Positions 30,701 to 42,840 are shown, counted from the first letter of the whole stretch. The stretch is DNA of 63,519 nt, filler included, from Collodictyon triciliatum (GCA_043381765.1; 11 parts of 11 records of this genome joined end to end with filler, not necessarily neighbours in it), one strand, 5' to 3'. Program-made: numbers and translations. Notes: generated by a model from the letters alone, not told the origin.

Positions 30701-32368
30701 TCTTTTCAATTCTGATACATTTGTACCGCTTTTGTTGCTTACTTTCAAATCTGTATCGACGAAGATGTGGTGGGCTTTTTCATCCAGTTTCCGCTCATTT
30801 TCTTTTTTGATTCTTTCAATTTCTATCAGCATCTCCTTGCTATAAGTTTGATTTTCACAATCTTGATGAGTCCCAGCAATTATGATTTTTGAGCCAGGTG
30901 CAAAGTCATCAAGCATTTTGACCCAGCGGCTGAGGTTGTTCTTCTCCTTGCCTTGGTCGAGTCTATACAGGATTAAAACGAGGGCGCCTGATGACAAAAA
31001 GAACGGATGTGTCACTTGAAACTCCTCTTGTCCTCCAAAATCCCATATTTGAAGAGAGATGGGCACCTGTCCACTCTCTATTATGTCAACATCAAGAATA
31101 TCCAAGCTTACATGCTCGATTCCATTGGTTGCAATCCTTTCCCTGCCTGTTTCACTTTGGAATTCAGAAGATTTTTGGATGATAGACCTTGACAGCGTTG
31201 TTTTTCCCGCCTCGCCTTCTCCGAGTAATAGGAGTCTTCCTTGGGTCCATTTTTCAACTCCATGTATTAAAGAAGCTAGGAAATCAAAAACTGCTTCTGG
31301 GCCCCTCTCCATCACATTTTTAGGGACATTTTCAATTGGATTTCCGTAGATGATAAGCCCGCTTCGCAGACTCTGAATCGATCCGAGGAGTGAAGATATC
31401 TCCTTTATCTGCACAGTCAAGTAAATTAAATATTTAGAGAACAGTACTCAGAATAATACAACATCAAAGTCTATTTCATGCTTCACCTTTTTTTTTTTTT
31501 TTTTTAGAAATTATGCCGATTACTTTTTACTTTAGGTTAAGTAAGATTCAAATCTTAAAATGAATATTAATGATAAAATTATAACATTAAGATTTCCGTT
31601 AAAATAACGTTTATTTTATTGCTTAGTTTCATCAGAGTTTATGAGTTTTTTTGTATTTAGTGTAGCACAAAAAAAATTTCTTTTCCCCTCAATTTACTTT
31701 ATAATGACAAAGTTGATTTGTTGGCATTGCAGGTGTTCCTTGGGATATGAGATGATTATACTTGCCTGATTCAGCGAAATATCGAGCTTCTCTAAGTTTG
31801 TGAGTCTGAATATGGGGTCTGGAACTGTGGTCAACTGTGACATACTTAACATTTAAGTGTCTGAGATTTGAAACAAGATGAAGATACTGTCAAAAGTGCG
31901 TGATGGTGGTTTTCAGAAAAGGCTACCTGACATTTCGAGATATTTAATCTTTTTATCGTGGTCATTTTTCCAAGCCACTCGGTGTATGCAGTAATCTGCA
32001 GAAAATGAACGTAAACATTTTCAAAATAACTCACGAAAACTAGAAAACGCCACATCAGGTCAATGTATTATTATTTGTCAAAATGATTATTACTTTCTTC
32101 AAGATTTAGGTCTAAGTTTTTTTTCGAGATTGGAGCCCTGACCTGGTTATTCGAAATATTCAGAGATTCGACCGAAAACATACCAGACAACCGCTCTGGG
32201 CATTCTGTAAACTAGGAAATCGTTCATTATAAACAGCAGGCTTCATCATTAATTTTATTTCATCTATTGAGTCTATAAAATTTTTTTATTATTAAAAACC
32301 TTGTTTTTGCTTATGTCTAATGACGTTAATCCTGTTAAGCTTGATATTTCGAGGGGAAGTAACGATAT
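27728..32368 (-). CDS. Roco protein: LRR - Roc GTPase - COR - TKL-type kinase - 2x SAM-like - CaaX (5' truncated)
   Basis: Exons 32368-32300, 32211-32143, 31995-31927 and 31834-31766 (LRRs), 31408-29644 (hinge GNPIENVPKNV; Roc GEGEAGKTT, IWDFGGQEEF, GTHQD; COR ALKFLHDLGSIIW..IFLDP), 29575-28002 (kinase KGSFGRVY, VVK, HEDLKADN, VDFG, GTANWQAPE) and 27934-27728 (ends EGCLLI*). Confidence 0.92.
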
Positions 32369-32555
32369 CTGTGATGCGTGTTGTAAGTAAAAATTGCATA
32401 ATCGTTTCTCGAAGAAATTTATGTGTTTGACAAAATCAGGTAGAAAATAAGGGCTNNNNNNNNNNNNNNNNNNNNNNNNNNNNNNNNNNNNNNNNNNNNT
32501 TAATTAATTAANNNNNNNNNNNNNNNNNNNNNNNNNNNNNNNNNNNNNNNNNNNN

Positions 32556-32666
32556 ATGTATGTATGTATGTATGTATGTATGTATGTATGTATGTATGTA
32601 TGTATGTATGTATGTATGTATGTATGTATGTATGTATGTATGTATGTATGTATGTATGTATGTATG
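32556..32666. repeat. (ATGT)n microsatellite
   Basis: Read directly; the same motif occurs at 58408-58508. Confidence 0.9.
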
Positions 32667-32710
32667 CGCTAAAGAATAGTGCAAACCAAGACAGAGAAAA
32701 AGAGCCATAC

Positions 32711-32982
32711 CTTTTCCGGCCGGAGGAGCTGGTCCCTTAACCGTGGTCTTGATCGGAAGGAAGGCGGCATTACAGAGCAGTTGGGTGTTAGGATCGTTGA
32801 ACGACGAGTGGTAGGCCTAGAAGGACGAGAGTAGGCAGTTTCTTAGCCCAGTGAAAAGAGGTAAACGGCAAAGTCTGAGCTTCCTGGGCACTTTGGCAGC
32901 GGAAGATGTGTGATACGAGATCGGTGGTGTGATGGGGGTGTTTAGTCCCAGGTTGTTTTGGAAATGGAACTCTTACGGGCAT
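32711..32982 (-). CDS. ARPC3: Arp2/3 complex subunit 3 (p21-Arc), first two exons
   Basis: ATG CCC|gtaaga...ctag| gives MP|AYHSSFNDPNTQLLCNAAFLPIKTTVKGPAPP, matching the ARPC3 N-terminus (MPAYHS...LPI...KGPAP). Absent from the ORF track. Confidence 0.92.
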
Positions 32983-33070
32983 CTTGGGAGGTTTTGCGGG
33001 CTTCCTGTGAAAACGAAGAGTTGAGGAAGTTTCAAGCTCACATCTTAACTCCTTTCGTTTCTCTCTTCTC

Positions 33071-33109
<39 letters not shown>

Positions 33110-33122
33110 CCTTTTTTTTTTT

Positions 33123-33178
<56 letters not shown>

Positions 33179-33461
33179 ATTCCCTTTTTCTGGTTGTATT
33201 GGATTGCTGTGCGCCCTGGTTGATTTGCTTCATTGATCAAGTTTGCTTGACAGACGAAATTAGAAATGCCATTCCATTCCTATGTACATGCCATTATAAA
33301 TATACCGTACTTAATTTCCAAATCAGTCCCTCTTTGCTTGGTGATACTGGATTTGGAACAAGCCTGGAGAATCTTGTTGCCTGCCTCTGCGATGTGGTTG
33401 CCATTTGGTTGGGAGCTTGATGTGTGCATCTTGGATGAAGGAGTGAATCGCTTTTAAAAGT

Positions 33462-34790
33462 TTATTTTGATGAGGATTCTGTGTTTGCTGGCTGTCGTCC
33501 TGATTGTGAACGGCGTTCAAATTCCTGGCGGTCCTGTTCTCTCTGGAATAAAGAGCAGACATTGAGTGATTAAAACTTGGGGGGATGGTGGAAAATATAA
33601 TAAAAAATATAAAAAAAAAAAAAAGTAAAATAGACAAATAAAAAAAAAGTGTGATGCGGTCTGTTGTGTGTTTCTTTGTTTGTTTACTATAGTAATCCTG
33701 GAGTAATCAAGTCATTTGTTTTGGTGCAATACCAACACGTGTGATATAGAAACGGATTCAATAAACACTTGACCATTAAAAATAAAAAGAAGTCACGGTT
33801 TTTAATGAAAGAGGGTAGAGGTGGATGAGGAACAAATCTACATTCTCAATTGCAGCAAACCTTTTTCCATCTTTCAGAGTTGGAGCGCTTTGCAGCAATC
33901 AAAGCATCTCGGATTTTTAAGTTGAGTAGGCGCTCATCAACCTCGTCATCAGTCAGGACAGGAACAGCACCAAACTCCAGCGCCTGTTTCTCTGCAGCCA
34001 TGCGCTCAAGCCTTCAGGGCACACATACGGGAAAAGGATATGGTGAGAAAAAGAAAGGAAGGACATGAAAGCGAGCGGTATTGGGTGATAGTAGATTATG
34101 TAAAGGCATCTGGCATCGAGGATATCAAAGTGGTCTTTAGATGCCAATACCACAATCGATGGGATGGAGAACCATAGGGAGAGGCCTTAGTTGTGCACAA
34201 AGAATGAGGGGAAATCATGGAAATGAAGGGTGATACGAGCGATCCCAGTTATTACATCATTCGTGCACTATCCTCATCAAACTTCTCCTTGACAGCGAGA
34301 AAAGCCTCCTTCTCTGACTTCCCCTGCTTCATTAGCTCCATTTGCTTTTGTACAAACTCTTCACTGGGGCTGTAGTCCATGTAGGTCAGTTCAGCCTGTG
34401 CCATTCATGCGAGGAGTAAGGGATAGAAAAACATAAGAACGATTCTTACAGGGATGGGAAGGAAATAAAAGAAGAAAGAAAGAAAAAGGGAGGGGAGGGA
34501 GGGGAGAGAGAACATAGTAAAAGGGACTCCAGGAAAAAGGAAAAGGAAAGAAAAAAAAAAGTCAGCCTGGCCGAGCACACCTCACGAGCACGGAGTTGCG
34601 GGAGACGATCAAACAGCTTTGCACGGAGCCGATCCTCTTCGTAGACAATAAGCGGGATTTTTCCACCAGGGCGAGTGGGCTTTGGAGGAGGCGGGACGAT
34701 GGTCATGGGGTCAAACCAGGCAGGCTTTGTGACGAGGCCGGCCCCGATCATCTTCTTGACCTCCAGATAGATGTTGTAGTTTCTGCTCAT
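33462..34790 (-). CDS. MRPS23: Mitochondrial small-subunit ribosomal protein mS23 (MRPS23/Rsm25 family)
   Basis: MSRNYNIYLEVKKMIGAGLVTKPAWFDPMTIVPPPPKP..IPLIVYEEDRLRAKLFDRLPQL|..SEEFVQKQMELMKQGKSEKEAF..|RLERMAAEKQALEFGA. The PxW..PP, IxYxED and FVxxQxxLMxxG motifs are present. Confidence 0.8.
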
Positions 34791-35107
34791 CTGCAGAGCA
34801 TTTGGGGGGTGAGACATGCACGCTCGCAAGCCAGCCGGAGAGGCCACCGAGAAGAGACCCGGGAGGAAAGGACGGTATAGAGTGAGCCGGGTGCTTTCCG
34901 CCTTGTGGGTGTGGTATGTGCTTTGGACTCTCTCTCTCTCTGCACAAGGAACCGAGTCGCGGGGCCAGAGATGAATCAGCCCCTGTGAAAGCCTGGTCTG
35001 ATGGCAACCGCGACGCAAGGCGCCCCAATGAGGCGATGCAGCGCCACAGAGAGAGGAAGCAGCCCAAGCGCATAGGCACGGGAGGGACGCTTTATGGGGG
35101 TGCCACA

Positions 35108-35265
35108 AGAGAAAAGAGGAAAAGAGGATGACGCAAAAGAGAAAAGAGGAAAAGAGAATGATGCAAAAGAGAAAAGAGGAAAAGAGAATGATGCAAAAGA
35201 GAAAAGAGAAAAGAGGAAAAGAGAAAAGAGAAAAGAGGATGATGCAAAAGAGAAAAGGAAAAAGA
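35108..35265. repeat. ~30-bp purine-rich minisatellite (GATGCAAAAGAGAAAAGAGGAAAAGAGAAT-like)
   Basis: About five imperfect units just downstream of the PiT stop codon. Confidence 0.8.
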
Positions 35266-35275
35266 GCGATGCCGG

Positions 35276-36820
35276 CTAGAGAATGACAACATCCTCGGTC
35301 CAGAGGCGGTCGCCGCCCACGAGGATGACGAAGGCAAGGAGGGTGCCGAGGAAGCCGGCGGGGATGGTGAGGACCCAGCTGCCAAAGATGCTGCGGAGGA
35401 CCTGGGTGTCGATGGAGGCGGAGCCGTGGATGAGGCCGACGCCGGTGATTGCGCCGACGATGGTGTGGGTGGTGGAGACGGGGATGCCGAGGAGGGTGGC
35501 GGCGGTGACGGTGAGGGCGGCGGCCAGGAGGGCGACAAAGCCCTTGGAGGGGGTCAGGCGGGTGACCTTCTCGCCGACGGTGGCGATGACGGCCTGGCCC
35601 ATGGTGCCGAGCCCCAGGACAATGGCCACGGACGCGACAACGGGGATGTACCAGTCCAGGTCGTCCCAGTAGGTGACGTCGTCGTTGTTGTAGACGGAGA
35701 GGATGCCGGCAAAGGGGCCCATGGCGTTGGCGACGTCGTTGGCCCCGTGCGAGAAGGCCACGAAGCAGGCGGTCAGGATCTGCAGGACGACAAACATGCG
35801 CTCCACGCCCTCGTACGGCACAAACGCCTCCGCCGTGGACAGCCGCTGGTTGCCGAACGCCCGCAGGCTCCGCGTCGTCGCGTCCACCGCGTCCAGCAGC
35901 GCCACGCCCAGCACTGCGTCGTGCAGCGCCGCGTCCGACACCGCGTCTGCCGCCCCGCGGTACGTCTCCTCCGACGACTGCAGCAGCGCCTTCATCTTGA
36001 GCCGCTGCGCCTGCCCCGGGTCCTTCAGCAGCAGCGGGTCGCTCGCATTGACGCCCCGCTCCGTCTCGATGCCGCTCGACAGCCGCGCAGACAGCGCAAT
36101 CAGCGCCTCGAAGAAGAAGCGGTCCAGCAGCACCCACACAACCACCCCGATGCCCAGCCCCGTGATGAAGATGGCCCACAGCGGGAAGTCGGCCGTGTCC
36201 ACCGTCTCGATGACCACAAAGACAATCAGCACAAAGACCGTGCCTCCAAAGAACGCCGGGATGAAGCGCCGCGTCTTGCTCTCTGCGTTCTCCGTGTCCG
36301 ACAGGATGTATGTGTCCAGCGGCCGCATGATGCCGTACCCGACAAGCGCCCCGAGCACGGGCGACGTCACCCATGACAGCACGATGAACCCGATTTGGTC
36401 CCACTTGGCTGCCCCGAAGCCCTGCCGTGTTTGACTTGCGGTTCATTCATGTCTTTTTTTCTTCTTTTTCCTTCTTTTTCTTCTTTTCTTCTTTTCTTCT
36501 TTTCTTCTTTTTTTTCTTTTTTTTTCTTTTTTCTTCTTTTTTCTTCTTTTTTCTTCTTTTTTCTTTTTCGTTTTGCTATGGGCAGCGTGAAGAGGGAAAG
36601 GTGGGTATGGATTTTGAATGTTGGACAGAGTCAGGGCAAGCGCGGTTTACCTCCGATGCGATACCGAAGGCAAGGATACCGCTCACGATGGTGTGTGTTG
36701 TGGAGACAGGCAGGCCGTAGTATGTGGCGAATAGGAGCCAAGCAGATGAGCCTGTTACAGGGAAAGACATATGTCAGTGGATTTTGAGTCCAAGGCAACG
36801 TAATTAGTTTATTTTTCCTT

Positions 36821-36876
<56 letters not shown>

Positions 36877-37412
36877 TTCCTTTTTGTGTGTTTTTTTTCT
36901 TCTCTTTTCGGCCCATTCCACTTGTCTCAGCACTCATTCGTCATCTCCTTGAATGCTTGCAGGGTGCTCTTGCGCTGTGGATATTGCCTTACCGATCAGG
37001 GCGGCAAACATGCCCACGATGTAAAGCTCCTCCTGTCCGACAAACTCGTCGGCATCCACAATCTTCTCGCGGAGCGTGTCCGAGACTTTGTAGCCCAGAC
37101 TCACGCCACCGGCAAACTCAAAGAGGCCGCCGAGAACCAGTGCGCTGCGGAGATTGAGACAGCGTGAACCCACGGCCGTGCCGATGGCTGTTTTTTTTTA
37201 GTGCGCCGCAGAGAAGAAGGGAAAAGAACGTCAGAAACAGGGTCGTGGTGGAATCCTGTAAAATGAACGAGCGCACAGACAGGCGGACTCCTTGCACAAA
37301 CAGAAAGGCGAGGGAGAGAAGAAAGTCTCAGACCGTTGGCCACGTCGTTGGCGCCGATGGCGTAGGACATGGCGAAGGCTACAAAGCCGGAGAGAACAAC
37401 GATGGCCAGCAT
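35276..37412 (-). CDS. PiT/PHO4-family inorganic phosphate transporter
   Basis: Both signatures present: IGANDVAN (N-half) and SHGANDVANAMG (C-half). Also FEFAGGVSLGYKVSDT, YGLPVSTTHTIVSG and LGIPVSTTHTIVGA; multi-exon. Confidence 0.96.
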
Positions 37413-37469
37413 TGGTGACAAAGGCTGCTTCTAGTGTGTTTGAATAGTGTTTTTGCTATCTTAGCTGCT

Positions 37470-37704
37470 ATTTTTTGTGTCTTTTTTCTGTGTCTTTTTT
37501 TGTGTGTCTTTTTTGTTTCTTTTTTGAGTCTTTTTTCTGTGTCTTTTTATGTGTCTTTTTTATGTGTCTTTTTTATGTGTCTTTTTTTCTGTGTCTTTTT
37601 TTCTGTGTCTTTTTTTATGTGTCTTTTTTTATGTGTCTTTTTTTATGTGTCTTTTTTTATGTGTCTTTTTTTATGTGTCTTTTTTTATGTGTCTTTTTTT
37701 ATGT
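37470..37704. repeat. (TATGTGTCTTTTT)n-like minisatellite
   Basis: Read directly; a related (TATGTCTTTTT)n array lies at ~52929-53135. Confidence 0.85.
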
Positions 37705-37809
37705 NNNNNNNNNNNNNNNNNNNNNNNNNNNNNNNNNNNNNNNNNNNNTTAATTAATTAANNNNNNNNNNNNNNNNNNNNNNNNNNNNNNNNNNNNNNNN
37801 NNNNTTGGT

Positions 37810-37866
37810 TGCGTGGGTAGCAGGGGTTGGATATGCTGTGGGAGATATCGCACGACACATTCCCAC
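37810..37866 (+). repeat. Dispersed 57-bp element, copy 2
   Basis: TGCGTGGGTAGCAGGGGTTGGATATGCTGTGGGAGATATCGCACGACACATTCCCAC; see 23078-23134. Confidence 0.8.
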
Positions 37867-38932
37867 ATCTCTCTTCGCTTGCGGTCAGAGTAGCGAAGAA
37901 TACGGGACGTCAATCCAGATTTAATGCGATGGTTGTATGTACAATAGATTGATATTTATATGGGTACACTTTTATTGTATAAAAAGTGTTGTGCCTTGAA
38001 AGGGATAAAACCAAGTTCGTCACAACCTTTGCGATGAAGCTTATCTATTTACAGGCTGAATGAGACCGAAAAGAAGAAAAGAAAAGAAAAGAAAAGAAGG
38101 GAAAATGAATGAATGAACCAGAGCAAATGATATTGAGCACTGTATTCATACTTATTTTGCTACCCGCGAGTTGATGGCTTGAGCTTGAGTCATATAAACC
38201 CTTTCTCCAGTAACCTCTTGCTTTCTTGCTGCCCGTGGGTCGAAGGCTTGAGCTCACTCCGTCTTTTTTTATTCCCCTTTATTGCTATTACTATTATTCG
38301 TTTCAAAGAGCTCCCTCCATCTTATTAGTAATTTGTTGTACTCACGAGTCGGTGGCAGCTGGCGTCTTGATCGTCGGTGTGTCTCGGTGCGTAACCTGTG
38401 TTGTAAGGGATGTGGTCAAGTGACCTTTTCGCTCTCCGTGTTGGCTGCGTCGGCCTTCTCGGTTTTCGTACAATCAGTTAGCATTCCACGGGGCAGGGCT
38501 GTGGGGCCTGTCTCCTGGTAGGCGGTCTCGTCCTTCTCGGGATCCCACTTTCCGATCGCTTGCTTGGTTTTTTTTTTTCGACTTCAGAATATGGTGGGTT
38601 GGAAGAAGGAAAGAACGCCAGTGTAACAATATTATTTTTCAGAGAATGCGCTCTTTTCTCTCTCAGTGTACTTATTGTTTCTTAGCAAAACAGACTTTTT
38701 CTTATTCACTGTGTTTTTTTTTTATTGCTCCTCTCAACTCTGTCACTGTCGTTGTGACACCGTATTTATTCACATTGTGATTTTTTCGCTACGCGGGGGG
38801 ACGGTATGATTCTATTTCGCTCCCACACAGCCGCCTTGATCGAACTTCCTCGCCTCAGCAAACAACCAGAGTCCAAGCTAGCAACAAGTTTATTTCTCCT
38901 TCTAGCAAAAGACAGGAAAGACTAAAAGGAGC

Positions 38933-40043
38933 ATGGCTGAGCCAGAGAGTAAGCAAACCACTGCTGGGTTGATTGTCATCGGGGACGAGGTTCTGAGCGG
39001 AAAGGTTCAAGATGCCCATGGCCTCTTTTTTGCCAAGTTTCTGTACGAAAAAGGTGTTGATCTCGCGCAGATAGCGATCATCCCCGACGTGACAGACACC
39101 ATTGTTCAGTATGTATACGGGCCTTGACTCACACAATAGTTTCCTCCTTGCCTTTCGAAAAAGAAAAAGAAAAAGAAAGTATACACTTCATCCTCTAAGC
39201 GGGGCGATGACCCTAACCCGTCATCTTCCATCCCCCACCCCATTCACCTGACCCTCTCTCCGGGCAACATCCCAGAAAAGTTCGAGAGTTCTCCGAGGCC
39301 TACACGTACGTGTTCACCACAGGGGGAATCGGAGTCACGCACGACGACGGTATCTATTCCCATCACGCCGCATCCCCTGCATCTGCCATAAACCCACCGG
39401 CAAACACTCGCACCCGCTCACTATAGACTAAAGACTAAACACTAAATACAACCACAAACACACCGTGCTCTGCCTGCCTCTGCTGCAAACGGGACGCGAG
39501 ACAGTCACCTATGCGTCGATTGCAAAGGCCTTCTCGCTGGAGATGCAGGTGCATGCGGAGACGCGGGGGCGGATGGAGCGCTTCTTCAAGACAGACGCGG
39601 ACGAGGTCGACCTGCGCATGGCCATCTTCCCGGCCCCCTGCGAGGCGCTCTACGCATCCGACCCCTTTGTCCCGCTCGTCGTGGTCCGCAACGTCCACAT
39701 CCTCCCGGGCATCCCGCACCTCGCACAGGACATGATCCTGGCGCACGCCGCCCGCTTTGTGGGCCGCCCAAAGACCCTGGTGCGCGTCTACACGTGGCTG
39801 TCCGAGCGCGCGATCGCCACGCCCATCGCAAAGGTCCAGGCCGACTTCCCCGCCTGCGCGATCGGCTCTTACCCGCGCTGCGGCCAGGAGAACTTCCACG
39901 TGCAGCTCACGATCGAGGGCCGAGACCCGCTCCTTGCCCGCCGCGCCGCAGAGGCCATCCGCCTCGCCACTGCAGGCGTCTACTCGCCGGACGAACTCGG
40001 CCCCAAACCCGTCGACCCCACCGACGAAGACGACGGCTACTAG
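38933..40043 (+). CDS. Stand-alone molybdopterin-binding (CinA N-terminal/COG1058) domain protein; putative FAD or ADP-ribose pyrophosphatase
   Basis: AGLIVIGDEVLSGKVQDAH..IIPDV; YVFTTGGIGVTHDD|VTYASIAKAF; RMAIFP; NVHILPGIP; IGSYP. Three exons. Confidence 0.9.
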
Positions 40044-40199
40044 CGCCTGGGGCCCCTGCCCTGCCTGCCCGAGATAAAGCGTGCGGCCTCGACATGCTTG
40101 GGTGGCTTGGTCGGTGCGCCTGTTTTATTGGTTGCTGCCCCGCTGGCGTTGTGTGGGGCGGGGTTTGCCTTTGCGTCCGACCGCGCGTGGATCGCCTGG

Positions 40200-42840
40200 C
40201 TATGTGAGGATGATGCGCTGGCGGAGGTGGTTTGCGTTGGGCGAGCGGCAGACCGGGCAGTCGTGCAGGTCCTTGCTGAGCATGTCGATGGCGCAGTGGC
40301 TGTTTGTTTAGAGTGCGGGTCAGAAGATGGTGTTGTTGCAGAGACATGAATAGTTTGTTTTTCTTTCTTTCTTTCTTTCTCTCTTTCTTTTTTGGGGAGG
40401 GTGTGTGCGCAGGGTTTGTGGGGGTTGTGTCCTACTTGCAAACGCAGGCGTGCCCGCACGTCGTGTAATGCTCCGAGACAGGGTTTTGGTAGCACACTTT
40501 GCAGGTGATGAGGCTGTGGTATTCGTCCAGCGACGTCTGCATCTGTCCGTTCTTGCGGCAGAGCGCTGCATTCTCTGTCAACAGTCGTTTCTTTTCCGTT
40601 TCTTGCAAAGAGAGCTGTTTTTCGCACTTTAAAAGAAGCTCATCCTTGGCCAAGATGTCCTTCTGGATGGTGTCGTGGCTCTCTTTGACCAGGGCTAGCT
40701 CAGCCTTCAACATTTCTCTCTCCTGGATTAGCTATAGATGGCACATATGAATGAAGGTACATGTGCCATTGAAATAACGTGACGAAATTCCGCAAGAGTT
40801 CGAGATGAGCGGGCGTAGGGCTTGAATGAAAATGAATGTGGAAATGCGTAATTCTGAAAATAGCCAATGCAAAAGGAGAGCTCACAGAAAAGTGCAAAAT
40901 AGATTGCTGGTGCAAGTATGAAAAGAAAAAAGGAATGAAGAAAACAATAAGAAATCATGTCGAGAAATATAACATATAGAAAACCTCTTCAAGGGTAGGG
41001 ATTTTGATGGGATCGGAGGAGCTGACCGCAGTACCCTGTTATCAAAATGCAAATTAAGCCATCACATACAATTTTAAAGCCATCTTTGCATTTCTCTCTC
41101 TCTCTCTAAAAGTATTCCATGTGGGGTTTATCACCAAAAAAAAAATAAAAATAAACAAACCAAATTCTGTTCTGAGCCCACATATTTGCTTTTATTTTCA
41201 CATTCATTCTGGTCAATAAATACACCCCATTAGAATGGAAAGTCGTTTAATGCAGGAAATACCTTGGTTACATGCACTGAATGACACATATTAGAGGCTA
41301 TTAAGTTGGTTAAATACCTTGGTAAATGGAGTAGAAAATGAAAAAAAAGACGTCCAGGATGACTTCAAGTCAAGTTCCTGTTAACAAAAGGTATATTTAG
41401 ACGACTAGGCCTTCAACAAACCTTCCAATTTATTATGTTAAGGTGTGTTTGAAACGATAAGCTATACGAAGTCTTGGGCATCTTTCATCTCTGGTTCGTC
41501 CAGAAAGCTGAACGGGCTGTTTCCACATTGAACAGCAGAAATACGAGGGAAAATGAAGAAGGCTAGAAAGTCATGCATATGCATGTTAGAAACCAACAGA
41601 TAGTATGCCTATCATAATTCTGCTTGAACAGCGTGGATAAAGTGAAGGATCCGAGACATGACCCCTCCAAAAAAAAAAAAAGACTACGCACAGGTGTAAA
41701 AGTCAAGATAAGGCGATGACTAAAGTAAAAAAGGAAAACCTCCAGCAGCTACAAGTGATGTAACATGTCGGTGTTGGATGGGTAGCTTAACCAAATGCTT
41801 GATTGGGGTTAAGACAGAGTTAAATACGCGCTTGAGTAGACCTGGTTGGACAACTCTAGATGCCGCATGTACGAGTCCTGAGGTAGGAAGAGCGGCAAAA
41901 AATATTCCCGGTGCTCTTGCTACTCAATAATAGAAAAGTGGTTCAAGGAAGTTTTGGATCAATAAACAGTAGATACCTTCGAAAAAGTACATTCTTGTAA
42001 TTCATATTCTCGCTTTAGTTTTCGAGAGAAATACGTTGGGTGGAGACCAATCAGACACAATTATTGTTCTTGAGTTCCGCCTTCAGGCAGATAGAAAAAA
42101 AAAAAGAAAGAAGCCAGTGAAAGATAATCAAAAGAAAGGAACCTTGACTGCGGGTTGGATTCGTTGCGGGGCGAGCGAAGCGCCCAGCTAGGCCTGTGGC
42201 CTCTGATCGGAATGAAATACGATATTAGTTACAAATGAGTGCTTGCAAATATGTAAATTGTGGAGAATATTAGTCTGTCAAATCGGAATATATTCTATCG
42301 CTTTTCTTTCTCTTTTTAACGGGAACAGTTTCTCACTGGAGGAAAGCCGTGTTAACGAGCTATTCATGACGTTTATGCTGGAGATACTTCCTTTTCCCCT
42401 GTATGTTCTCTCCTCCTGCTTTGTTCACTGGTGCTGGGCCTACGGACGTGATATCATTCTCAGTGCTAGACACCTTTGGGACTCCAGCCTTCTTTGGCGC
42501 TTCGATGATCCGTGCCTGTTATTGATTGATCCGAATGATGACTCAGCACTTCTAATCCCCCACCGCGGACAAGCGCAATTATATGGCAGCGGACACAAAT
42601 TTGAACAGGAATTCCGCAAAAAGCAATTCCACATAAGTTCAAATGACATCAGTGCAGATGGGATGCACGAAGCAGGTAAGAAGGTTCTGGAAGCAGGCAC
42701 AGCGGAGGGTTGGATCGGTGTGTGTTGGCGGCTGTTTCGCAGAACTAAGCCAAAGTACGACCGACGAGCTACATATCTTGAATTAGAGAATAACCACGAC
42801 TTTCGACTGGTGTTGTGATGCTGGGTTATTTTTTTGAATC
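40200..42840 (-). CDS. Coiled-coil protein with C-terminal C3HC4 RING finger (putative E3 ligase); 5' part poorly defined
   Basis: Spliced TCKVCYQNPVSEHYTTCGHACVC|NHCAIDMLSKDLHDCPVCRSP..ILT* after a heptad-rich segment. Stop TAG at 40200-40202. Confidence 0.8.

Noticed and set aside
35108-35265. Regularly spaced ~30-bp repeats resembling a CRISPR array
   Set aside because: No unique spacers, low complexity, eukaryotic context and no cas genes.
34446-36446. 666-aa ORF apparently fusing a novel domain to mS23
   Set aside because: It is an off-frame read-through of the GC-rich PiT exon and a minisatellite; only its end coincides with the real mS23 exon.
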